DNA of 64,000 bases from Bispira polyomma (taxonomy: Eukaryota). The stretch is taken from positions 17,236,001 through 17,300,000 of the forward strand of contig OZ287758.1 of the NCBI GenBank assembly GCA_965649765.1, written 5' to 3'. The notes beneath the pieces are model-generated. The model ran no database searches, was not told where the DNA came from, and saw only the letters and a list, made by a program, of their open reading frames with translations. The translations under genes were made by a program, and so were the position numbers. This document shows, piece after piece, positions 41,068 to 53,423 of the stretch (position 1 is its first letter; every line of letters begins with the position of its first letter).

Positions 41068-43864
41068 ATGGATTCTCTTCAGATACGAAATGTAAGTGAT
41101 ATATACCTTATTCTAGTTGAAGTCACTGTAGTTGATCACTTAAGAGTTAAGTTTACACACTGTAATACATCATACTTTATCTCAGTTCTCTGTATTCTTA
41201 AAACAGATTGCATACTCTACCATTGCTCTTATACTTGGAATACAGTATGTAGCAGGTACAAGTATTAGACAGCAGACATGTGTTGAACCAAATGACCAGG
41301 CCCTGCGACTCCAGTACAGAGAACACTTGTTAGTAGATCTACACGAGAGTTACTTCCAGATCCCTGTACTGAGTCAGACTTTAGAGACTAGAAGTGACAC
41401 GGGAGGGTCCTTGGTCCATGGAGATGACCAGAGTTGTGTGTCCCAGTCTACTGGTATGTTGTCGGACAGGAGTACTTGTCCCTTCCACTATGTGCAGACA
41501 TATCAACAAGGTAAAACTACACTGTGAATATCTAGGGTGTACAGTACATGGTTTTGTAAACACTATGAGGAAATGAAATCGGGGTAAATTAACGCAACAT
41601 GATATAATAATCAGTTTTAAATGAAGACATGTAATTTCAGTAGACTTATTTGGCATTTGTGAGAAATGTAACACATACATTTATTATTAGATGCAATTGG
41701 TTGGGGTTAACCCTCTGATAGTAAGTACTTAGTAAACAGTTTAGTAATGTAAACACAAAAAACAATTGCCGCTAGACCAAGTTATGAAAGAAATACCATC
41801 TTGAGGCACAGACAACTTCGTTAAGAAGGCCTCAAAGTCAATTTTTAAATTTGAGTTTTAATTTTATGATGAGTGAAAGAAACAAAGGAGGTAAAATAAT
41901 AATTCAAGCTCAATTTTATGAATTTTAAGTTTCGTAAAAACAGTTTTCATAATAAAATATTTTTTTTAATAAAATTCAATAAACTATGTTTATTTTACTA
42001 AAAGGTGCAAGTTAATATATTGCTGAAATATATTTTTAAAAGTAAATGATTAAAAATAGTATATACCTTTTCTACAGGAAAATCATGTACATACTGTATT
42101 CGTACATACTAGTTCAATAATCTCTTTGAGTTTCGTTTACAAATGTGACGTTGTACATAGATTTGAAATTGTATGACGTCCCAATACAATAATTGTTTTA
42201 TGACTTTGTACCATAGTATTGAAGCTTTACATCGTGTATAGTGTGGCGACCTTCAGTGTAGTCTCAAGTTCAAAATATAAACAGCTGCATCTGAATGTTC
42301 AACTGATCTGACTTCGCGTTGTGTTCAAAGTTATAGTGACCAGTCACTGACCACAACTAAGGTTCCCATAGTATAACAAGAACCTCTTACGATCACGCTT
42401 GGTATGAAATGGACACTTGGCTGTATTTCTGGATACTTAATAAAAGATTAAAAGACTAATTATAGAGTTAAAATATATCTTCTTTTATTTAAAGACTCAT
42501 TTTATAACTTCATTACATGTTTTTACAATTGAGCAGAGTTCTCATAACTCACCAGTTTTAATACACTATTGGATTATATTTAAGACACAAAGAAACATTA
42601 ACTGAACCCATCAAACTAGCTAGTACTGGGATGCCATTCACCTAACTTAATGGTGGCCCCTAAAAGTGCCAGTGCACTGATGCAGGCTCCACCAAACCAT
42701 AGTGTGAACTGACCTCCCAGTATCTTCTGTAAGTACAGGGCTAAGTATAATTAATATTTACCATATTTTACTGCGGCAAAAAGAGCTTCTAGTATATATT
42801 TCCTGGTATACTGTTTGTTTACCAGTTATACTAGAACACACTCTAGGCCACCCTCTCCTCCTGCAAAAACCCACTTGTTTATATACACAATTACGGTGCT
42901 TCCCGGTGAATCTCCGGATATTCTTATGAAGACCTTGCACCTGTTTACTAATATAACATTTACATTTAATATGAATTTGACTGTATATATTTGCTAGCTT
43001 ATAATTATAACACACTAAATATGCAAGTTTAAAGACAAATTGACCCACAGTAGAAGTCTTACATTACATTAAACATTTTAAGATGACCTTAAATTATTGA
43101 CCAACTTTGCTAAGTTATGTATATTATATACAAAAGCAGTGGGCGGAGAAACCACCGCAAACACCGACAGCAGTAAAAGAAGGGAATTGATATAGCCTTT
43201 CTGTGGCGGGTCGTTTCAATAGGTATACAAATGGTTAAAAGTATCACTAAATAACCAGTTTACAATGTTATTGTATGCATATAAGCTAAAAATAAAATTT
43301 CGTAAATGCAGTATAATTTACGGTGGCGCATTTATATATTTATGTTAATAGCTCTGCAAATACAATAGATCATTAACACAAAGAAACATAGGTTTCAATT
43401 ACATAAGTAAATGAAATATGATATCCAGTAATATGAATATTTCAGTTAGCTAGTTTACAATAGAGACTAATAGTATAGTTGGAAATCCACAGCAACAACT
43501 GACGCATGTGAGGATATGATTATTCCATAGAAACTAGGCTAGCGATAATATTATACTATTTATCATAACATCTTTGTTTTTTATGATGGGATTTTTGAGT
43601 TTTTATATAGGACTTTACAGTTCTTGTTTTATTACTTCCAGGTACCCCCGGGAATTAGTGAGTGGTCGCTGTAACACCGCCTGTACTAGGTGTGTGTCTG
43701 TAGATTCCTCTGAGTTTGGCTGTTTTCCAGTACATTACACTGTCAAAGTACTTAGAAAGACTGGGGTCTGTGTTGATGGAGTGTATCAGTATGAACCAGT
43801 ATATGAGAAACTCAGTGTAGGATGTACATGTGCTAGAGTTCCTGTTGCCTCAGATCCAATATAA
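41068..43864 (+). pseudogene. IL17: Interleukin-17-like gene C (exons 41068-41091, 41207-41510, 43642-43864); frameshifted at the exon 2 donor, so a possible pseudogene or null allele unless the cryptic acceptor at 43610/43611 is used
   Basis: Mature region is nearly identical to gene B. Exon 2 ends CAACAAG|gtaaaa versus CAACAAGACAG|gtaaaa in B (4-nt loss, phase 2 to phase 1). Canonical splicing gives ...QQGTPGN-stop. Confidence 0.75.
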
Positions 43865-46800
43865 AACTTTAAACAGATTTAATGAACATATTTAGAAGAG
43901 ATATGTGATGCTATTTTTCCATGTTAGTTATGTTTTATCAATTTAGTCAAAATACATAATTTTTATACTTAGTTCAATACTTTTAAGTTCTTTTAAATGT
44001 ACACTTGGGCATTTATTTTTAAAGCAATACATTTTTTATATCCTATTTTTGACATATTAAGTATTTGCTTGTATTTATTCGTATTCTACAGAATATTTTT
44101 AGTATTACCTGTACTACTTGCATTGCTGTGATATTAGGTGTTTAATAAACGTTTATAGTTATCATTCTTGCATTATTTTGTCTTGCAAAATTAACAATCA
44201 GTGATTTTACACAAATGTTTTACTGCTGGTAAGAATTTTCAGTTCTGGTATTCGGAAAGATTTTAATGTTGTGAATGGCACAGTAAGCTGCGATCTAAAC
44301 TAAAATATACCATACTAATACAAATTTGCGAAATCCACTGAACCATACATTGTTCTTTGGTGCCGCTATGAAATCACTATTTATTTCTTACATACAGTGT
44401 AGAAAGAGATGTAAGATTACAAGTATGAAACCCATAAAGCTGCACCAAGCTAACCTCCCTGGTTTGTTTAGTACTCTGACAGGCTGAAAGATGCATCATT
44501 GTTCTTCATGTACTGTGGTGTATATTAGCGGTTATGTTTTGTTATAAGGTATAAGGCATTTATGTTGATAAAAAGTTTTCCATGTGATGGTCCTACCCTA
44601 CGAAATAGTTTACATCATTGCACCAGTACAGCTGCTACCTTACATTTCTTCCACATCAGATTAAAAACATATTATTTAATGATGCATTCCCTTCATAGCT
44701 GTCTACCAGGTATCAATTGATCTTTTGATGCTGACTTTTTTTTCGTTCCATCAATTATGATTTTTGATTAGCATTTAACTTAACAAAAACAAGTTCTAAA
44801 AATGCTTGATCATAATAATAATATGGTCACACAATAACAAAATAATAGCCAGTGCTAAAATTCAGGAAATAAAGTCTGTGGTATTAAGTAATCACTGTGT
44901 AACCGTGGTAATACAGTAGAACCTCTATTATCCAAGCATATTGGGAGAGCACTTTTTGTTGGGAACATGTTGCAAAGGTTATCCAGTACACACAGATAAG
45001 AAAATGTCAAGTACAGACAGTGAAAATAAGTTAATAAAATCCAATATTGTGGTAAGAGAAGTATGTATAACAGAGATTCTACTGTGTATGTATTAAAGGT
45101 AAATTCATCTAGAAATCCCCTAATTATGTGTAAAAACTTAAGACACTTAGGATGTGCTCAGAAATGGACTAGAGCCTAAATTTAAACTTTTCTTTTTGAC
45201 AATATTATTGTGCCTTTTTCTGTTGTGTAAACATAAAACATACATTTCAGTAATCAGGGATGATCTGCAAAACATTTACTTTCAAAGATTTAAGTTAGTT
45301 TAATATGTACACACTAAGTCAGTTTATGTAGTAGTGATTGATATAGTCTAAATGGTTTTTAATCTTTTTATCTCGAAATTTCAGACCATAATGAGTCTCT
45401 TCACCATTCTATATTGGTGAGGGTAATATAAGTAGCTTCTCTGTTTTGATCATATTTTTTACACTCCCCAACTCACATTAACTAAAAAACCAGAGTAAAG
45501 ATCAAGAATGTTATATAAAATTTATTATTATATCCACATTCTTTCCCATACACTTTACACGTTAGTGCATTTATTATGTCAACACACCGGATGAGATAAG
45601 AATAACATTTAATAATTTTCAATTTAGTTTATACCGAGCACAACAGGTTACATTTAATAAGTACACATGCACAATTGTTGTTACAATTCATACCGCGAGT
45701 ACCAAAACACCAAAAACATTTACTCAGCAACAACATTACAAAAAAACATTAGGAGTCTTTAGATTTGCAACATTATCATAAAAAAGCATTATGACATTAT
45801 GAGTCTCTAGCTTTGTAACATCCTCATAAAGTAATATGACTTATATGAGGGCATTGTTACACCATATTCACTCAAATTACGAAACTATTTACAATTCCTC
45901 AAAGCAAGTATAGCTGACATGATGGGGTTGCTAAGCAAATAACACATATAGACAACAATGACAACTTTGTGTACCATGATTGCCACAAAAGAAAGTTTGT
46001 CCAGCAGATTTGTACCTGTTAAAGGCTACTGCAAAGAAGTAAACCCTTGAGATGTTAAGTCACGTAAGCAACAGACTGTATCATGATCAAACATAATGCG
46101 GAAAACACTAGTTTGTCAAAACAGCAGCATTTTCAAAATGCTGCCTGTATCATATGCAATCAGATAAGTCATAAAAAGCAACTACTCAGTATAGAATTAG
46201 TAAATTTGAACGTGCACAATGATTCATCAAGGCAACAAACTTCTTCCAATGTGAAGTGTTTAGTAGAACTTGTGATCTTAAGAATGTCGGATATTTAGTT
46301 TTACTCTCTGTGTCCTTAGAATAAATGTTCTGAGCGGTGTCAAATGTAATAATAGTAAAGTGTAAGTCACAGGTATATAATGCTGACCGATTATTGCCTA
46401 TAATGTTTTGTATTGAATACCAAATTTAAACATGTTCTATTTCACCTATAGGAGCAGTTTTTTAGAAAGCTTCTGAGATGTAGGCAAAAAAGTGACGAAT
46501 TTCCAAATTATTAATTTTCGTTGATTTTGAAGCAAAATTGTCATTAAATTTGTCTTTTAAACCGAGTCATGTATTAAAGGTATGCAATTATACCAGATTT
46601 TCTCATTCTGTACCTTTCATTCTAACACTACCGTCGGTAAAATAAATCTGCCCACATCTGGAACTGTTACCCAATATTTTTCTGGTGTGTTTAGACATAC
46701 TTGAAATAACAGTTGTGTACAGTAACCATCCCAAGCTATCACTACTAATAGAAGTATATACTTATAAACACAAGTCATCCGATCATCAAATACAGAAAAA

Positions 46801-47430
46801 TACCAAGTTTTTTAAGCATGTATTTGTGATATAACAATTTATATAGTTTATACAAATTTTATATAATATACAAAATAAATATAAAAACTTAACAGTATAA
46901 AATAAATATAAGTTTAAACAAAAACTTGATAAATCTGTGAACTTCAATTACTGTAACACACTGTAGCACAAACGATTTCAAAATAAATTATATCTGGAAT
47001 AATGTTTATTGAAAGTTTCTAGGTAGAGTGTTGATTTTGATTATTTTGATATATCTGAATGGAATCTGTTTCGATATCTTAATCTGTATTAATTGTCTCT
47101 TTGACTTCTAACAAGAAAATTAGCCAGACCTGTGGTATTGGGAATATCCAGCTATGTTCTAAGAAGACAATCTATCATTATTAAGAGAGTCACTACCACA
47201 TTGACATGGCCACATCGGCAACTGTCAGCTATCACCAGTAAGTATAAACTTGGCCTTATCCAGATTAAATTGAGCTTGTTTTGAAACATCCTGTTTTCAA
47301 AACATCTTTGAAACATCTAAGAACCAAAATATAGGTCAAATTGTTTGAAAAGATGAATTGTCTGCTTGTTTTTCTGTGGCATGAGATCATCACATGATTT
47401 TGACGGGATCATGTGTACACCCAGTTGATC

Positions 47431-49098
47431 TCACACAGGCCCTTCACTACGCTGGATATGTCCACACGTACAGCCTACCACTATGGACATCCACCTAGGG
47501 TGATAGATCTTGTACCCTCTGACGTCACAGTCTCCTCTGCTATGCTTGAGCACTTTGATTGGCCACTTCACCTCCAGGCATTGGAAGTTGATGTTGTCCC
47601 AGCCACAATCACAGTCCTGTGTACACTTGGCCTGCACTATGTATCTGGGGTACCTGTACAAAGACAAAACACAGGTAAATCTTACCTAGGAGCCTGCACT
47701 ATGTATCTGGGGTACCTGTACAAAGACAAAACAGGGGCCGCAGTGGCCTAGTGGTCAGCAAGCATTGCGCTGCACAATCATTGGTCTCTCACCTCTGGGA
47801 TTGGCTGGCGTGGGTTCGACTCCTGTCGATGCCTATGTGGGAAAGTTGGTAGTTCCTTACTATGGGCTGCTGGTTGCAGTGCAGAAGCTTGATCAACTGT
47901 GTGCAATGCTTCCTCCAGCGTTTCCAACCACCCATCCCAATATAACCTAAACAGGTACTAGAGTGGATGTTAAAATATCCCAATTGAAAAAAAAAATTAA
48001 AATTAAAAACAAAGACAAAAGACAGGTAAATCTTACCTAGGGACCTGTACTACGTGTCTGGGGTGTCTGTACAAAGGCAAAACACAGATAAATCTTACCT
48101 AGGGGTCTGTACTATGTGTCTGTACAAAGACAAAACACAGGTAAATCTTATCTAGGGACCTTACTACGTATCTGGGGTGTCTGTACAAAGACAAAACACA
48201 GGTAAATCTTATCTAGGGATCTGTACTATGTGTCTGGGTGTCTGTACAAAGACAAAACACAGGTAAATCTTACTTAGGGGTCTGTACTATGTGTCTATGG
48301 TATGTAGTGGCACTATTAGTAATTGTATCAGTTAGTCCCATGTTTACCTGTTGTGTGACGTGATGTTGCTATAGGACCATGGACAATAGCTATCCTGTGC
48401 CAGTCCAGAAAGGTTGTTCCTCAGTGGTCTGGTATGGTGGTTGGGTATAGGAGGGATGGCGTTGTAGATGGCCTCTGGATTCTGTGTAAACCGGTAGTTC
48501 ATCATCTGCTGACTGTGTAGCCACTGTTGCTGGAGGTCCTCGGGTTCCTTACAGCTGTCTCTGTGTCTGAAAGACTGCAAACCATCTGTTGTGACCAGCA
48601 GGATAGTGGCCAGTCTGGTCAGTAGGAGGCACTGAAACACACATATTGTATTCTATTACATTCTATACATATAGTAAAAAAACATGATATCGGCTAAAAA
48701 AAATTCTCAAAAAAGCTTTTGGTACACTGAGAGCAAGACAGACAAATATGAAAAATATCAACTTGTATCAGTGGAAAAGGCTTCTCTGGTAAATATTTAA
48801 CAAAATATAACCAATACCATACAAATGACTTCAACAGATATTTTGTTTATGATAATTGTTAATACTTGTTAATGTATGATAACATATGACCAAAGATATA
48901 ATAGACAGCGCATTGATGTTTTCAGTTGCAAAGTCCTCAACAAAGTGGTAACTATGAAAGTTATCAGAGCCCAATACTTATCCTATCTTGAATTTTACCA
49001 ACTAATCACATTTAACAAAGATCTATTCTGTAATAGTGCACTGTTTGGATGATCAGGTTTTTCAGTAATTAGAGTCTCACCTGCTCAAAATCTCTCAT
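47431..49098 (-). CDS. IL17: Interleukin-17-like cytokine D (exons 49098-49081, 48631-48348, 47653-47431; ~174 aa)
   Basis: Minus strand: MRDFEQ|gtgaga; tttcag|CLLLTRLATILLVTTDG...CKEP...DSYCPWSY...AG|gtaaac; tgtacag|G-YPRYIVQAKC...C.C...CLEV..PIKVLK...VVGCTC. Same intron phases as the paralogs. Confidence 0.88.
47631..48297 (-). repeat. ~62-bp tandem array (7 units, split by a SINE) built from the intron 2/exon 3 junction of IL-17 D
   Basis: Minus-strand unit: gtaagatttacctgtgttttgtctttgtacag|(G/A)..CCCCAGA.AC.TAGT.CAG...CCTAG. Confidence 0.93.
47734..48008 (+). mobile_element. tRNA-derived SINE with A-rich tail and ~14-bp TSD, inside intron 2 of IL-17 D
   Basis: A box TGGCCTAGTGG (47744-47754), B box GGTTCGACTCC (47813-47823), A-rich tail. 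TSD acaaagacaaaaca (47720-47733) and acaaagacaaaaga (48009-48022). Confidence 0.85.
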
Positions 49099-49555
49099 AT
49101 TTTTACATAAAATAAGAATTCGAAGTCAGTTTACTCTGTTCCAAGTTTCTCAGCTCTCTGTTGAGTAATTATGTTTTCCCCACAATATATGGATATATAT
49201 ATATATATTAATAGCACATTGCAACAGTGTCTTTGGTGCCATGAAACTTTTAAACGACTACATCATTTGCTTAATATAATTTTCGCATTCTGTCAAAATT
49301 TACCTTTGGCAAAAAAAATGGAAAGACTTCTTGTAACTGTGTATGTGCTCTAAATAAAGAACCCGTTGAAAGTTATTACATGCCGAAATGCTGTCAAATA
49401 GTAGGCCATATGACAAATCCAATGGAAATAAGAGTGACTGGATCTGTGAGGGGATTTGCTTTTTGTCCTTTGGTAAACTGTAGAGGATCTGATGTAACAT
49501 AATCAGCTGTTGTAAGAGGATTTACTGAGTTTGTCAAAGTGGGGATAGAGGAATT

Positions 49556-49565
49556 GGGAAATCCC
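49556..49565. promoter_or_regulatory. Consensus NF-kappaB site upstream of IL-17 D
   Basis: GGGAAATCCC fits GGGRNWYYCC and lies ~460 nt upstream of the ATG; a (TA)n tract at ~49193-49208 could act as the TATA box. Confidence 0.45.
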
Positions 49566-49948
49566 TGGCCCAGTATACAAACACCTATCTGATACACATA
49601 TGATCCTTCCACAACTTCATTGGCCACGTATACACGTGTTAATATTTTAACCAGACTGAAATATAGCTTTAAAATACTTAAAATACCTTAATTAGGCAGT
49701 AAATTATTAAAATATAGACTACTTAACACTATCTTATATATTCTCTATTTTCAAGGTGAAAAATGTCTTGTACTTGAATAGTGGTAATATTTCCATGTAA
49801 AACTAGTGGTTAGCAAATAGTAATTGATTCTTTGATATTTTGACACTATGCTATTTGCTAAATAAAAATGTAATAATAAATCAAACTTTTGTATAGATAG
49901 GTCTCACATTGAAGGCAATCTCAAACCAGACACACTATTTATCTACCA

Positions 49949-50180
49949 CTGTGGCCTTAGCGGTTAAAGCATTTGCTTAGGAATGCAGAAAACCTGGGGT
50001 CACCACGTATAGGCAGATTACATAGTGGCTTAGATGACTACTTACAATGGCAGTCCAATGTCATTGGATCCTATCACCAGGGGCAGGTTAAAGAACCTTG
50101 GGGACATAGAACTGGTCATCCTCAAGCCTCTACCTACAGGTAGGGGAATCTCAGTTACTGGTTGGCGAGTATTGGGCTTT
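49949..50180 (+). mobile_element. Second SINE family copy (related cores at ~10005-10105 +, ~57668-57765 +, ~4555-4650 -)
   Basis: A-box-like tggccttagcggtt; core aggcagat(t)acatagtggctt(a/g)gatg...ctta.aat....tcc...gtc.tt...cc...ggcag..taaagaac recurs four times in the window. Confidence 0.65.
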
Positions 50181-53100
50181 CCCTTGAATAGCAGATAGAG
50201 AAAGATAAATATGTTGAGTATAAATCTGAATACTTGTAACAGAGAAATATTTCAGTATAATATGGTACAGAATATTATAACACAAGTTCATATTATTAAG
50301 CAATATGGAAATGTAGCAATATTCCAATATATTCCCAACCCATTTTAATAAGTTCTACCTTCCTGACCATAGGCCCTACCAACTAACTTCCCAACCTAAC
50401 CTTTAATGCTACTTCTCAGAAAACCCCATCCTTTACCTCTATTTCAAATACCCAAAGAATTTTAACTTCAGAGGAGTTTAACTCTTGGGAACTAACTCTT
50501 AATTCCCTTCACCATATTTACATATGTGCAGACCCAGTAAGACCTGGGGCTGGTTTAATACAATTCCCTAGAATAGTAGACCATTCTCATCTGCTTCTTG
50601 GCAGGTATCTAGCAGCCATGTCATTGAGTTGTAGCTCCTCAGGGAGTGCTGTTTAAACCAGACAAAATGTTGATCTGCAAGCCCTGTTATAGTCTAAAAC
50701 TGGGTCACGCCTGTGACCTAGTATTCTGCAGAGAAATGCATTTCCCCCCATTGGCCAAACCCATTTAAGGGTTACTGTGAATATTTAAAAAATACCTGAT
50801 CAGCCAAAAATCCCAAATATTTATAGGTTGCCCTAACAAGATGGCGGCACCCATACTCACCTTCCTGATAATTTATGGCCAGGAATTACAATGCATCTAC
50901 TGATTATAACAACAAAGAACCCTAGGTAAGATAGAATTTGAACTTCAATGTTACGGTTTAATATACATAATGCAGCAATAACATAATTCGTCTAAAATAA
51001 CCTCAAACTAAAAAACCATTGTTTTTGTTGATAATAGTGTGAAATGTAAGGAAATATCATTATCAATTGCTTATATGATAAGAGATAGAAAGTCCAATCG
51101 CCAATTGTCCACTATTTTACTGGAGGTGTCACCCATCATTTCCCAAATAAAGTGTGCACTCTCAGATTTCTCATTACTACACTATACATTGTACACTCAA
51201 ATGTGTACCCTTATCTTAGAGACCATATAAGAAATATGCCAAACCGGCCATATTGGCCCAATATGTCAAACATAGTATAATACTGCAATAAATTTGCGAC
51301 ATCGGGTCCAAATGGTTTGCAATATAAATAGTACTGGTTTTGTTCACAAATATATATGACCATCAGAAAATGATAAAAGATGTAGAAATTGATGTAAAAC
51401 CCTAATAAATAGTCACCAAGCTAATTCTTAGTGCTCCATATTTATTACCAGTGATAACACAATTATCTGCATTAAAGGTTAAATGTTTATATAGGTCAAA
51501 ATAATTCAACAAAGTTTGACTTTTAAAGGCAATGGAGTTTTGACCTTTGTATGAAAGTCACGGTTATGTGAAGTGGTAATTAATGATGATGGTTGGAACG
51601 TTGAAAAGATAGAATGCTGTTTGGAGAGTTTATTTACAAGTTTTAATTTATACAGCTATACAAATTTAAATATTTGATTTTTAAAACTTTAAAAAGGCCA
51701 TACGGTTACTTAGAGTTCACAACTAATCAAAGTTACAGAATCAAATGTACATATAAGATAAATGTATGCCATGTAAAATTTTGCATACAACAGCCCATCT
51801 TGTACTGGGGCTGAGTCAAGTTTTTTAAGTATTGCTGACTTTAAACTCAGACTAGTATATGTTGAGTTTAATTTTAAAAAATTAAAACAATCAATACATA
51901 AAATAATGTGATCTTCACTTTCACACTTTTAACATGTGCATATCTTGAAAATAATAAAATGTTTAAAAACAATCTTTATAACTGTCATTGTAATAGCACA
52001 GATGGAAGAAGTGCAAGTTAGTCAAAGGGGATTAAAACTCGGAACCTGTGGCACCGAGTTGCCTAGCAATGGCTGTTTATTTGCAGCAGAGCTCCGAATT
52101 GCTTGGCAGCGACGCCAAGAGCCAAGGACCAAGTTTGTCACAAGGTTCCGAGAACAAATCAGCCAGTGACTAACTCTCAAAACTACCACACGCTAAATGA
52201 ATTTATAATTTGAGGGTGGGTGATGTAAGTTCACTGTGTGTACCCTTTGCCTTTGTTTATGAAGAAAATAGAGGTAATTTAGCTGAACTACCGGTTTTGA
52301 CCCGCAACAACAATAATGCTATTTGTTACTCGGGTTTTTACCGTAAGGGGCCTAATTTGTGCTACTGACAAGATATGTCCGAAGGCAATGACTTCAACAT
52401 TGCAGATTTCACACAGGGCCTTACTTATTCAGACATTGTATTAATGCATGTGACTAGGTAAAATTCTAAGTGGGCTGTATGATGCAGAACGTTAGGTAAC
52501 TGTTAAACTAACTTAATCCAAGTTACACAATACAACCCTCCACAATGTAAAAGGAAATATACACTGTCCCCCTGGTCAATACACAAGAACTGTGAACACG
52601 CAATGTGGAGTACTTATAGTATGGAGAGAGTATTACTTGACACAGGGTGAATTCACAGTATTTTACAACTACAAAACTCTGTGTTTATGTATAGGTCAAT
52701 AGATATTCTGAATAGTTGAATGTTTCAGGAGAAACAGTGAACTTGTTGATTACTTTAAAGATTAACACTAGCATACACATAGGATATTATGCCATCTAAA
52801 GTCTGTCAGTGTATGTGCCACTGTCTATTCACGATACAGTGGATGGTTTTGGACAAGGCTGGTAAAAGTAATACTTTCTTTGTAAAGACAGACACAACCT
52901 ATAGCAATTTAGTGATAGGTGGTTTGATATAGAGTAAAAGGTCCAAAAAGGCCTACAGACTGTAAAGTCTAATGATCTACACGTACAGGTAAAGTGTAAT
53001 GGTGTCAAAGTAGCCACAGATATACTCTCAAGTGGGGATGTACAGTGATGCTGAAGTAATGTTCACTACCAGTTGAGGTGGTAGTTTATGGCATAACCAG

Positions 53101-53413
53101 ATGAGGTGAGTGTCAGTCAACTATTATGAAAAGTATAAATTGAGGGACAGTTACAGTAATTTGTGTTTTACCTAACAACTTTACAATAGGCTTTTAGCCT
53201 AACAAGGACCAGTGTATAAATGTTTGTAAATAAGATCTACTAAGTGTACTAGCATCATGAGAATGTAAACCACTTACACAGACGAAATACAGTGATATCG
53301 TCACCGAGTTTGTACACAAGTGAGATGTGTCTGTGATATCCGATTGTGTAAATAATCAGAGGTCACATGTAAGACTTACCCCTCTGTTATGGGAGGGGAC
53401 AGTTTGAGACTTA

Positions 53414-53423
53414 GGGAAATTCC
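53414..53423. promoter_or_regulatory. Consensus NF-kappaB site between the divergent genes D and E
   Basis: GGGAAATTCC. Confidence 0.35.

Noticed and set aside
41186-41206. Alternative in-frame acceptor for IL-17 C exon 2 (ctcag| at 41185)
   Set aside because: It is possible (+7 aa), but 41206/41207 corresponds to gene B's acceptor context; this cannot be resolved without RNA data.
47734-47830. Possible tRNA gene
   Set aside because: A and B boxes are present, but there is no clean cloverleaf; a body, an A-rich tail and a TSD follow, so it is a SINE.
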